From: Gemmatimonadales bacterium
Lineage (GTDB): Bacteria; Gemmatimonadota; Gemmatimonadetes; Gemmatimonadales; GWC2-71-9
DNA length: 42,356 nt
NCBI GenBank assembly: GCA_013812695.1
Contig: JACCSZ010000293.1
Location: 1-42,356, forward strand
Direction: 5' to 3'
Shown here: piece after piece, positions 1 to 8,301 of the stretch
How positions within the stretch are numbered: position 1 is the first letter of the stretch
Layout: each line of letters opens with the position of its first letter
Position numbers and translations under genes: made by a program
The notes under the pieces: generated by a model
What the model was told of the DNA's origin: nothing
Database searches by the model: none
What the model saw: the letters and a program-made list of their open reading frames with translations, nothing else

Positions 1-162
1 CTGCATACCGTGCCGATCGTCACCAATGAGCAGACCGCGGTCATGGTGGACACTGCGGAGCACGCATTGGACGTAGCCGGGTTGCTGAACTGGTGCGGCC
101 TGCGGGAGCTCGAGCCGGTGGCGGCGCTCGTCGCTCCGACTGACCGCGTAGAGCGCCTGTAA
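1..162 (+). CDS. 3' end of an unidentified CDS (partial, runs off the window start)
   Basis: Frame 1 is open from base 1 to TAA at 160-162. By eye, third codon positions are almost all G/C. The peptide ...LHTVPIVTNEQTAVMVDTAEHALDVAGLLNWCGLRELEPVAALVAPTDRVERL has a normal composition, but I recognise no family. Confidence 0.45.
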   Translation: MHTVPIVTNEQTAVMVDTAEHALDVAGLLNWCGLRELEPVAALVAPTDRVERL

Positions 163-352
163 GGACTCCGGGGGCCAGGCTCGGGCCCCAGGAGCGCTCC
201 ATCCGCAGCATCGCTCCTAGCCGTCGTGCATGGTCCACGGCGTCATCTCTCCAATCGTGGTCGACGTTTTGGTACTCGTCCCTCCACAACTCCGCCAGAA
301 ATTCGTCGAGCGTTGGCAGCTCCGGCCGAAAGTGCGGCGGCCACTGAACCAC
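41..352 (-). CDS. hypothetical protein (only the 5' half looks coding)
   Basis: GTG at 352. The first ~55 codons (FRPELPTLDEFLAELWRDEYQNVDHDWRDDAVDHARRLGAMLRMERSW) have sense-like composition and high GC3. The remainder is Arg/Pro/Ala-rich with lower GC3, and it overlaps the better-supported plus-strand CDS 1-162. Confidence 0.25.
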   Translation of the reverse strand: MVQWPPHFRPELPTLDEFLAELWRDEYQNVDHDWRDDAVDHARRLGAMLRMERSWGPSLAPGVLTGALRGQSERRAPPPARAPAGRTSSATRLRPMRAPQCPP

Positions 353-608
353 ACGCGGCGACCCGAAATCGCCGGCATCGTCATTACGCTCGGGACGTTC
401 GTCGGGTACGCCCCCGCCTTGGGCAACACGTGGGCATACCGCTTGCCCTTGTGACCGTCACCCGCCGTACCAGCCTAGACCGTCGCACTGCAGGCATCAG
501 CGCTCCAGCTCTTCCGGCTCACGCGCGTGAGCTCCGCTTCCGGGGCTTCAGGCGTTCGGGGCCGGCGCGGGCGGTGCGGCTGGATGGGCGGAGAGGAGAA
601 CACAGGCG

Positions 609-1871
609 ATGACGAACATCGATGGCGGCATCTCTGCACAAAGCTGCGTCGCGCCTTCCGCGCCGCCAGCCGGACCCCTGCCCGGGTTGTGTCGCGGGCG
701 CTATCGTGTTGACACGAAGTCGCCACACCGCGCCTCGCGGGACTACCGCACGACCTCGCTGAACCCACTGTCCCGGATCGCGCTCGCCACGGCGTCCGCG
801 GCCGCGCTCGTCGGCTGCGCCATCCCGTCGCAGACTACGCAACTGGCGAATGGTCCCGAGCCCGTCACCGTCCGCCTCGAGCCCGCGCTGCCGAGCGCCG
901 GACAATCCGCCGAGCTCACGGTGACGAGCCCGGGGGCGGACAGTATCGTGCTCGAGTCGGGGAATGGGCTCGACCGCTACTGGGGCACGGGCGGCGTGCT
1001 CCGGACCCGCCTCACCGCCGATTTCGGCGACTCGGTGCCGGTGGGACGGTTTGCGGTCCGTCATCGCGGCGAGTTGCTCTCGCGCCTCAATAAGCCGGCG
1101 GTGATCAAGGTCTGCCGGCAAGGGCGCTGCCGCGAGCTCCACCACGAGATCCCGGTCCAGCTCCCGGAGGCCAATCATCGCACGGTCGCGCTGACGGCGG
1201 GGTACGATGCCGTGTTCGCCCGGCGGTCGCTGGTCGGGTCGCGGAGCTCCGTCTTGTTCCGCGAGGCGCTGAGCAGCGGCATCTGGTCGGCGCAGGCCGA
1301 GTGGGCCAACCGCCGCTGGAGCGCGCAGGTCCAGGGATTCGCCGGACGGGGCGAGCGCGGGGCCTCATTCGATCTCTCGCGCGTGTTGAAGCGGGCGGGC
1401 GACATGAGCTACGGGGTGGCGCTCCATGTCGACGCGGACCGGAGCGAGTGGCTCCCGGACGAGGAGAGCCCGGTGCTCGCCGATCGCACCGCGTGGCGGG
1501 CGGGCATCGGGCCGAGCCTCATGCTGCGGGGCATCACCGCCAGTTCCCAGCTCGGCGTATACAGCGACGGCGTCCAGACCCTGCAGGTCGTGAGCACGCG
1601 GGTGAGCATCAACGGCAACCTGACGGAAGTACGGCTGCCGGTGAGCTTGAGTGCCGAGAAAACCTTCGCGTTTGGCGGCGGCCCCATCGTGTCGCGCCGG
1701 CGAGACGCGCTCGAGCGCTTGGTGGCCAGCGTCCGCGTGGTCGACGCGTTCGCCGTCAACCTCGGCCTGTCCACCCACCGGAGCGCCTGGCCGAACGACG
1801 AGCCGCGCAGCGACTTCCGCGCGAGCGAGACGCTGGTGACGCTGGGAGGGCGATACACGGTCACGTGGTGA
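609..1871 (+). CDS. putative lipoprotein with beta-barrel-like C-terminal half, unknown family
   Basis: ATG 609 is preceded by GGAGAGGAG about 10 nt upstream. A lipobox-type signal, LSRIALATASAAALVGC, lies about 55-70 residues in, so a later non-ATG start cannot be excluded. The C-terminal half has alternating strand-like patterns and ends LGGRYTVTW (terminal aromatic, as in outer-membrane barrels). Confidence 0.7.
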   Translation: MTNIDGGISAQSCVAPSAPPAGPLPGLCRGRYRVDTKSPHRASRDYRTTSLNPLSRIALATASAAALVGCAIPSQTTQLANGPEPVTVRLEPALPSAGQSAELTVTSPGADSIVLESGNGLDRYWGTGGVLRTRLTADFGDSVPVGRFAVRHRGELLSRLNKPAVIKVCRQGRCRELHHEIPVQLPEANHRTVALTAGYDAVFARRSLVGSRSSVLFREALSSGIWSAQAEWANRRWSAQVQGFAGRGERGASFDLSRVLKRAGDMSYGVALHVDADRSEWLPDEESPVLADRTAWRAGIGPSLMLRGITASSQLGVYSDGVQTLQVVSTRVSINGNLTEVRLPVSLSAEKTFAFGGGPIVSRRRDALERLVASVRVVDAFAVNLGLSTHRSAWPNDEPRSDFRASETLVTLGGRYTVTW

Positions 1872-1935
1872 CCGCGAGCGGAACCCGTCGCGACCTGCTA
1901 CCGTAGGGAGGGCATCCCTCCTTCCGAGAGTTCCT

Positions 1936-2997
1936 ATGCATCGCATGTTCCACCTCGCCCTGGCGTGCGCAGCCCTGGCGGTGACCCCCTCGCTGGCCGG
2001 CGTCCGGGTTCTGCTCGCCCAGGCCCCGCCGCTGATGCTGCCGAAGCAGAGTCCGAGCGCTGCTGTCAGCCAGTCGATCGGCCTCACCACCGTCAGCATC
2101 ACCTACGACCGCCCGGCGGTGAACGGACGCCAGGTCTGGGGCACGCTGGTTCCGTTCGGCGACGTCTGGCGGGCGGGCGCGAATGAAAACACGGTGATCG
2201 CGTTCACCTCGCCGGTGCGGGTCGGCGGCCGGACGCTCGAGGCGGGGCGCTACGGCCTCCACATGATTCCCACCCGGCGCGAATGGACCGTCATCCTGAG
2301 CCGGCAAGCCAACGCGTGGGGAAGCTTCAGCTACGATCCCAAGGAAGACGCCGCCCGTTTCACCACCACGCCGGCTCCGAGCGCCATGCACGAGCGCCTG
2401 GCTTACACGCTCGACGATCCGACCGAGAGCTCGGTCGTCGCGACGTTGCGGTGGGAGAAGCTCGCGGTGCCGATCAGGATCGAGACCGACACCAAAGCCG
2501 TGGTGACCGACAGCCTGCGCGAACAGCTTCGCGGACTCGGCCGGTTCTTCTGGGAGCCCTGGAGCCAGGCCGCCGGGTGGAGCGCCGCCAACGGCGTAAA
2601 CCTCGACGAGGCGCTCGCCTGGGCCGAGCGGTCCATCGCGATCAACGAGAACTTCACCAACCTCCGGGTCAAAGCGTCGTTGCTCGGGCAACGGGGTGAC
2701 CAGGCGGGGGCGGCGGCCGCGGCCCGGCGCTCGCTCGCGATCGCCACCGAGCGCGAAATGAACACCTACGGCTACCTGCTGATGGGGCAGGGCAAGGTGG
2801 ACTCGGCGATCGTGGTCTTCCGGAAGAATACCAGGGACTATCCCAAGTCGTGGAACACCTACGACAGCCTGGCCGAGGCGTACGCGACCAAGGGCGACAA
2901 GAAACTCGCCGCGGAGAGCTACACCAAGGCGCTGGCGATAGTGCCCGATACGACTCAGCGGGCGCGAATCCAAGGAGCGCTCTCGAAGTTGCGGTAG
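1936..2997 (+). CDS. DUF2911 domain protein with C-terminal TPR repeats (secreted)
   Basis: Signal peptide MHRMFHLALACAALAVTPSLAG. The block TVSITYDRPAVNGRQVWGTLVPFGDVWRAGANENTVIAF...GRYGLHMIP matches my memory of DUF2911. The tail is TPR-like (KVDSAIVVFRKNTRDYPKSWNTYDSLAEAYATKGDKKLAAESYTKALAI). Confidence 0.85.
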   Translation: MHRMFHLALACAALAVTPSLAGVRVLLAQAPPLMLPKQSPSAAVSQSIGLTTVSITYDRPAVNGRQVWGTLVPFGDVWRAGANENTVIAFTSPVRVGGRTLEAGRYGLHMIPTRREWTVILSRQANAWGSFSYDPKEDAARFTTTPAPSAMHERLAYTLDDPTESSVVATLRWEKLAVPIRIETDTKAVVTDSLREQLRGLGRFFWEPWSQAAGWSAANGVNLDEALAWAERSIAINENFTNLRVKASLLGQRGDQAGAAAAARRSLAIATEREMNTYGYLLMGQGKVDSAIVVFRKNTRDYPKSWNTYDSLAEAYATKGDKKLAAESYTKALAIVPDTTQRARIQGALSKLR

Positions 2998-3075
2998 TCG
3001 ACTCCGGCGCGATGCGCCTCCTCTGCGGGCTGTGGGCGTGGGCTACATTGGCCGTTCATCCTCCGACAGGTCCTG

Positions 3076-4836
3076 ATGTCCCACTTTCGCTCTCGCGTTC
3101 GAGCTCCGGCACTGGTGGCCACGCTGCTCGCCATTCTTCCGATCGCCGGGTGTGACCGGGAGGCTGGGCCGCCAGCCGCGCCGCCTGACGCGGCGCCGGG
3201 ACCTGGAGCGGAGGGCGACGAGTCTCCGATCCAGGCCCTCTATCTCTGCGGCAACCGCTTCGTCCTGATCAACGCGCACCCATTCCCGGTGCGGGTGACC
3301 TGGCGCGTGCAGGGTACCGACGAGCACGGCGAGCAGATGCTGCGTGCCGCGCCCGCGGGGGATCCGGCGATCAGCGAGGTCGAGCTGGCCGTCCGGCACG
3401 AGGGTTCACTCGCCCTCTATCGAGGCGACGAGCTGCTGGTCGTGCGGGCGCACGAGCGCACCGCGTGCGAGCCGGTCACGGGCGGTCCATCGTTCGCCGC
3501 CGCGGCCACCAGCAGCGCCGGCGCGTGGAGCCCGCCAGTGGCGTGGCCGATCGTGCCGCTCCACATGCACCTGCTTCGGAACGGCCGCGTGCTCGGGTGG
3601 GGAAAGTTCGATGCGCCGTACGTCTACGACCCCGCGACCGGCAACTTCGCGGCGGAGCCGGTGGGCGCGTGGCTCTTCTGCGCGGGCCACAGCTTCCTGC
3701 CCGACGGCCGCCTGCTCGTGGCGGGCGGGCACATCAGCGACGATCACGGCCTGGCCGACACCCACCTCTTCGATCCGGGTACCGGGAGCTGGGAAACGGC
3801 GCCGCCGATGCGGAAGGGCCGCTGGTACCCGACGACGACCACCCTGCCGAACGGCGAGGTGCTCGTGCTGGCGGGCCGCGACGAGAACGGCGTCACGGTG
3901 ACCGTGCCCGAGGTGTGGACCGGCAGCGGCTGGCGCGCGCTCACCGGCGCGAGCCGCACCCTCCCGTACTATCCCCGCGCGTTCGTGGCCCCGAACGGCA
4001 AGGTGTTCTACGCGGGCGAGGAGCAGGTGAGCCGCTGGTTGACCACGACGGGCAGCGGAGGCTGGTCGACCGGGCCTACCCGGACCTACGGATCGCGGAA
4101 CTACGGCGCCGCGGTCATGTACCTGCCAGGCAAGATCCTCTACGCCGGGGGCGGGCGCACGACCGCCACGGCGGAAACGATCGATCTCAACGCGGCGTCG
4201 CCGGCTTGGAAGCGGACGGCCTCCATGGCCTACCCGCGCCGGCACCTGAACGCGACGGTGCTGCCTACCGGCGAAGTGCTGGTCACCGGCGGGAGCCGCG
4301 GGACCAGCTTCAACGAGCCCAGCCTCGCGGTACACGTGGCGGAGATCTGGAATCCCGCCACCGGCGCCTGGACCCAGGTCGCGAGCAACGCGGTGGACCG
4401 GACCTACCACTCGACCTCGCTGCTGCTACCCGACGGGCGGGTGCTGCACGCCGCCAGCGGCAACGCCCTGCTCGCCGACGGCACCCCATCGCCCGACCAG
4501 AAGAACGCGGAGTTCTACTCGCCGCCCTACCTGTTCAAGGGCACGAGGCCCACGATCTCGAGCGCGCCCACGTCGGCGCGCTACGGCCAGTCGTTCGTCG
4601 TCGGCACCAGCAGTCCGGCGGCGGTGGCCAAGGTGAGCTTCATCGCGCTGGGCTCGACGACGCACGCGTTCGACGCCAATCAACGCTTCATGTGGCTCGA
4701 CTTCACCACGACCACCGGCGGAATCAGCGTCAAGGCGCCGGCCAGCCGCAACCTGGCGCCCCCGGGCTACTACATGCTGTTCACCCTGAACGGCAACGGC
4801 GTGCCGTCCAAAGCCCGGATCATCCGGCTGCGCTAG
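3076..4836 (+). CDS. Kelch-repeat galactose-oxidase/glyoxal-oxidase-like lipoprotein (DUF1929-type C-terminus)
   Basis: Lipobox LLAILPIAGC. Repeated blade motifs are present (PDGRLLVAGGH, LPNGEVLVLAGR, PNGKVFYAGE, PGKILYAGGG, LPTGEVLVTGGS, LPDGRVLHAASG). The C-terminal E-set-like tail reads PPYLFKGTRPTI...STTHAFDANQRFMWL...APPGYYMLFTLNGNGVPS. Confidence 0.85.
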   Translation: MSHFRSRVRAPALVATLLAILPIAGCDREAGPPAAPPDAAPGPGAEGDESPIQALYLCGNRFVLINAHPFPVRVTWRVQGTDEHGEQMLRAAPAGDPAISEVELAVRHEGSLALYRGDELLVVRAHERTACEPVTGGPSFAAAATSSAGAWSPPVAWPIVPLHMHLLRNGRVLGWGKFDAPYVYDPATGNFAAEPVGAWLFCAGHSFLPDGRLLVAGGHISDDHGLADTHLFDPGTGSWETAPPMRKGRWYPTTTTLPNGEVLVLAGRDENGVTVTVPEVWTGSGWRALTGASRTLPYYPRAFVAPNGKVFYAGEEQVSRWLTTTGSGGWSTGPTRTYGSRNYGAAVMYLPGKILYAGGGRTTATAETIDLNAASPAWKRTASMAYPRRHLNATVLPTGEVLVTGGSRGTSFNEPSLAVHVAEIWNPATGAWTQVASNAVDRTYHSTSLLLPDGRVLHAASGNALLADGTPSPDQKNAEFYSPPYLFKGTRPTISSAPTSARYGQSFVVGTSSPAAVAKVSFIALGSTTHAFDANQRFMWLDFTTTTGGISVKAPASRNLAPPGYYMLFTLNGNGVPSKARIIRLR

Positions 4837-5423
4837 GCAGGCCTGAGCGGTACTCGCGGTGCCGCCCCTAGCTTCCGAATCTCCTCTTGGAGGCTTTCGT
4901 GCAATTCGGCGAGAGCTTCGCGCACGCGAGGGCTGCGGAGCGTCGACAACTCCGCGCTGATCGTCGCGGCCACCCGGCGGTGGTGGTCCAGCACGAGCGC
5001 GTTGAGTGCCCAGGTGCCCGCCTCGCGCGGAAGCGCTGCGATCGAATCGCTGGTGCCCGCCGCGCCGTCCGGCGTGCGCGGATGGTAGCGCTCCCCGAAC
5101 TCCACCTGCAGCAGGTCGAGCAACCGGCCCTTCGCCGCATCCTCGTGCCGGCCGGCTTTCCAGGCCTTGCCCTGCACGCGGCTCCCGCTCGCTGGGCCGG
5201 CCAGCGCGTCCATCACCACGTCCAGTCCTTCGTACTCGTCCACAAGTCGCTCCAGCAAGGCGACGTCCGGCGAGGTACGGGCGGTGTCGCCCTGGCGGGC
5301 GCGGTCGTCGCCGAACAGCGTGGAGTCCACCACCACAGCCGAGGTCTCGCGGCCCGTCGAGCGGTCGCGGCCGCAGCCCGTAGCGAGCGCGGCGACCAGC
5401 AGCATCACGAGGCATCGCGTCAC
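4833..5423 (-). CDS. helical lipoprotein, possibly DUF305/ferritin-like (weak call)
   Basis: GTG at 5421-5423 overlaps the upstream TGA (5420-5422) as GTGA. An alternative ATG lies at 5403-5405. Lipobox MLLVAALATGC. Two helical repeats include LVLDHHRRVAATISAEL...VREALAELHESLQEEIRKL. The track ORF 4833-5612 is over-extended. Confidence 0.6.
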   Translation of the reverse strand: MTRCLVMLLVAALATGCGRDRSTGRETSAVVVDSTLFGDDRARQGDTARTSPDVALLERLVDEYEGLDVVMDALAGPASGSRVQGKAWKAGRHEDAAKGRLLDLLQVEFGERYHPRTPDGAAGTSDSIAALPREAGTWALNALVLDHHRRVAATISAELSTLRSPRVREALAELHESLQEEIRKLGAAPRVPLRPA

Positions 5424-6082
5424 GAGCGACCCGCCTTGCGGGTCCGCGGCTTCCGGCCGGCGGCGATCTCGTCCATCGTGCGTCCGGTGGCCACCGAGGT
5501 CTGGTACTCCTCCACGACTTCGGAGCCGGGCTCCGCGGCAGCGTCCCGGTGCTTGATCAGCAGCCACTGCGCGCGCTTCGGCTCGCCACGCCGGGTGCGG
5601 ACGAGCACCCACGAGCCGGTGAGCCGCTTGCCGTCCAGCTCGAACTTGAAGTCTCCCTTGGTATAGCCGCGGCGGAGGCCCTCGACCGGATCGACGTCGT
5701 CCACGCCGCCGTAACGGTAGGTGCCCCGATCCCAGACCATGACCGTGCCTCCGCCGTATTCACCCTTGGGAATCGTGCCCTCGAAGGTGTTGTAGTCGAT
5801 TGGGTGATCCTCGACTTCCATCGCCAGCCGTTTGACCGCGGGGTCGAGGCTCGGCCCCTTGGGCACCGCCCAGCTCTTCATCACCCCATCGAGCTCGAGG
5901 CGGAGATCGTAGTGCAGATGGCTGGCCGCGTGCTTCTGAATCACATACGCCAGCTTGCGCGCCGCTTTCCGCGGCCCGCCGCGAGGCTCGGCGGTGCGCG
6001 TGAAGTCGCGTTTCCGGCGGTACTCGGCTAGACGCTGGCTGGCGGTCAAAGGCGGCGCCGGCTTGGGTGGTTCTTCCTTCAT
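5420..6082 (-). CDS. stand-alone LigD 3'-phosphoesterase (LigD_N) domain protein
   Basis: ATG at 6080-6082 has GGAG about 9 nt upstream. The 220-aa product contains RDFTRTAEP...YVIQKHAASHLHYDLRLELDGVMKSWAVPKGPSLDP...RLAMEVEDHPIDY..FEGTIPKGEYGGGTVMVWDRGTY...GKRLTGSWVLVR, typical of the LigD phosphoesterase module. The 637-aa track ORF is an artefactual extension into the Omp85 gene. Confidence 0.85.
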   Translation of the reverse strand: MKEEPPKPAPPLTASQRLAEYRRKRDFTRTAEPRGGPRKAARKLAYVIQKHAASHLHYDLRLELDGVMKSWAVPKGPSLDPAVKRLAMEVEDHPIDYNTFEGTIPKGEYGGGTVMVWDRGTYRYGGVDDVDPVEGLRRGYTKGDFKFELDGKRLTGSWVLVRTRRGEPKRAQWLLIKHRDAAAEPGSEVVEEYQTSVATGRTMDEIAAGRKPRTRKAGRS

Positions 6083-6153
6083 GGTCGGTGCTCCGGTAAG
6101 CGATGTCGCGGGTGGCGTTCGCCGGTGACGCCTCCTCGGCCCACTCCTCCCCG

Positions 6154-8301
6154 CTAGAACGTCGCCCCGATCGAAAAGTGCACGTGGAACCGGCGCGAGG
6201 ACGACGTCGGCGTCGTCTCGATCGGGGTCCCCCCGCTCAGCGCGTCGAGCACGTCCTGTGGTGAACGCTCGTCGAGCGGCGACGGGTTGAGTTTGTAGCC
6301 GAGCGCCACCTGGATGGCGCCCACGATGGTCTGGTAGCCGATGCCGACCCCGGCCGCCTGGTACACCTCGTCCTGGTCCAGCACGCCGGCGTCGAGCCTG
6401 AAGCGCCGGTCGGGGATCCAGATGCGCCCCGCGTCGTAGAACAGGTACGGCTGGAACGATTCGCTCACCACCGGCATCGGAAAATGAAACTCGACGCTGC
6501 CCACCAGCCGGGCCAGCCCGCCGACCGGCGTGTAACGATCGGCCACGGCGACGGTGCTGTCCCCGCGCTGCTCGAGCTCGACCTGCGGCAGCTTGGGCCC
6601 CACCAGCAGAGTGCCCCAGCCCCGCACATCGCGCGTGCCGCCCGCGGTGAACGTGGCGTCCCGAAGCCGAAGCAGGGAGACGAAAGCCGACTCGTCCTCC
6701 GCCGAGGCGACACTGTTGCCTCGGGGGTAGACCCGGCCGCCGCCGGCGCGCACCGTGAACCCGGTCCGCGGGGTGAGCGGGAGATACGCCGTGGCGCCGA
6801 TGTCCGCCAGGAGATACTCGTTGGTGTTGAATCCGGGGAGGGTCACCTCGACCCGGGGCCGGATCACGTAACCCTTCCGTGGATTGGCGATCCGGTCGAG
6901 TCGCCCGTAGCTCCCCTCGAGCGTGATCGCGCTCCTGTTGCGGGTGCGCGCGAGCGTACCCACCGTGCCCGCCTCGCCGAGTCCGAGCAGCGGAAGGTAC
7001 TGCTCGGGCAGGAGGTCGTTGCCGATGCCGTAGTCGTACACCTGCCGGTGCGCGATGGAATAGCCGAGCGAGAGCGAGCGCAGCGGCGCTGGTGCCCAGA
7101 CGATCGAGCCCTCGAATCCCACCGCCCAGCTCCGGTCGCGGAGATCGCTCCGGTACTCGATGAACGGACCGCCCGCGGCCGTCACGCGCCGATCGCCGAC
7201 GTACGGCTGGAACGCGGTGAGGTTGAGGCGGTACAGTTGTTGGGCCGGGTTTTCGAGTGCCGCCACCCCGGTCTGCGCGGTGGCGGCCACCGTCAGGGTG
7301 CGGAGTCCGCCGAGCCAGCTTCGGTCGGTCCACGAGGCCTGGGTGGTGAGCCCGCCGGTGGAGATGAACCCGGCTTCCCCGCTGATGAAGTGCTCCCGGT
7401 TCTCGGCGACGCGCAGCATGACGACCACGCTCGAGTCGTCCGCGGAATCCCGTGGCACGTCCACCGACGTGAGCCGGACGATGTCCATCTGGGTGAGTCC
7501 CTGGCGGCCCTCCTCGATGGCGCGGGCGTTGTACCAGTCGCCGGACTCGATCGGAAGCTGCCGGACGACCTCGCGCGAGGGGATCGTTTCGTTGCCGGTG
7601 ACCTCGATCCGACGGATCCTGCTCCGGTTGCCCGCGCCGGCCTGGACGGTGACCTCGGCCCTATTCGCCGTCGAATCGATGCGGGCCACCGTTCGCGCGG
7701 CCGCGAACGGGTAGCCGTGGGCCCGGAACCACCGGACCGTGCTGTCGGCCAGTCCCCGGCGCTCGTCCTGGCCGGCGCGGCCGGCCCGGCGGCGCTCGCC
7801 GCGGACGAACCGGCGCCAGCTCCGTCCGAGCTCATCCGGAATCGCGAGCGGCCCCTCCATGGCCGTGAACGCGAGCGTATCGATCAGGAGCGGTGGGCCC
7901 TCGGCGATCGCGTAGGTGACCTCCACCGCGTCCGCCTTGGCCTGGTACCTGGCATCGTATCGTACCTTGGCCTTCGGAAAGCCCGAGCGCTGGTAGTAAT
8001 TCCGGAGGCGGACCACGTCGCGCTGCATCTCGACCGGGTCGAAGAGGTGCGCGCCGACCTTCGGCACGAACGGGACGAACGAGAACAGCCGTCGGAGGCC
8101 GACCAGACCGCCCCGGCCCGTGAGCGCGATCTTCTGCCCCAGGGCCGCTTCCTCGAGCGATTGCGTGCTGTCGAATCGGAAGGCGACCGAGCGCACGTAT
8201 GTGCTCGGTCCAACCCGGTTGAGCGCGTCCTGGCCCTGGAGCCGCGCGGCAGACCCGAGCAGGACGAGCGCGAGCGCGGTACGTCGATGCCTAATATGCA
8301 C
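6154..8301 (-). CDS. Omp85-family outer membrane protein (TamA/BamA-like, POTRA + surface-antigen barrel)
   Basis: GTG at 8299-8301. Signal peptide HIRHRRTALALVLLGSAARLQGQ. POTRA-like N-terminal repeats are followed by a long barrel ending HVHFSIGATF (terminal Phe). It lies immediately downstream of, and overlaps, tamB. Confidence 0.85.
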   Translation of the reverse strand: MHIRHRRTALALVLLGSAARLQGQDALNRVGPSTYVRSVAFRFDSTQSLEEAALGQKIALTGRGGLVGLRRLFSFVPFVPKVGAHLFDPVEMQRDVVRLRNYYQRSGFPKAKVRYDARYQAKADAVEVTYAIAEGPPLLIDTLAFTAMEGPLAIPDELGRSWRRFVRGERRRAGRAGQDERRGLADSTVRWFRAHGYPFAAARTVARIDSTANRAEVTVQAGAGNRSRIRRIEVTGNETIPSREVVRQLPIESGDWYNARAIEEGRQGLTQMDIVRLTSVDVPRDSADDSSVVVMLRVAENREHFISGEAGFISTGGLTTQASWTDRSWLGGLRTLTVAATAQTGVAALENPAQQLYRLNLTAFQPYVGDRRVTAAGGPFIEYRSDLRDRSWAVGFEGSIVWAPAPLRSLSLGYSIAHRQVYDYGIGNDLLPEQYLPLLGLGEAGTVGTLARTRNRSAITLEGSYGRLDRIANPRKGYVIRPRVEVTLPGFNTNEYLLADIGATAYLPLTPRTGFTVRAGGGRVYPRGNSVASAEDESAFVSLLRLRDATFTAGGTRDVRGWGTLLVGPKLPQVELEQRGDSTVAVADRYTPVGGLARLVGSVEFHFPMPVVSESFQPYLFYDAGRIWIPDRRFRLDAGVLDQDEVYQAAGVGIGYQTIVGAIQVALGYKLNPSPLDERSPQDVLDALSGGTPIETTPTSSSRRFHVHFSIGATF

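Noticed and set aside
709-737. Perfect -35-like TTGACA inside ORF 609-1871, considered as an internal promoter for a shorter lipoprotein gene.
   Set aside because: There is no -10-like hexamer at 16-18 bp spacing (the sequence there is gcctcg). There is also no ATG/GTG/TTG start between it and the signal peptide.
6083-7333. N-terminal 417 residues of the 637-aa track ORF 5420-7333.
   Set aside because: This part overlaps the Omp85 barrel gene in another frame and is Arg/Gly/Pro-rich. Sense-like sequence and a Shine-Dalgarno-preceded ATG begin at 6082, giving the 220-aa LigD phosphoesterase protein.
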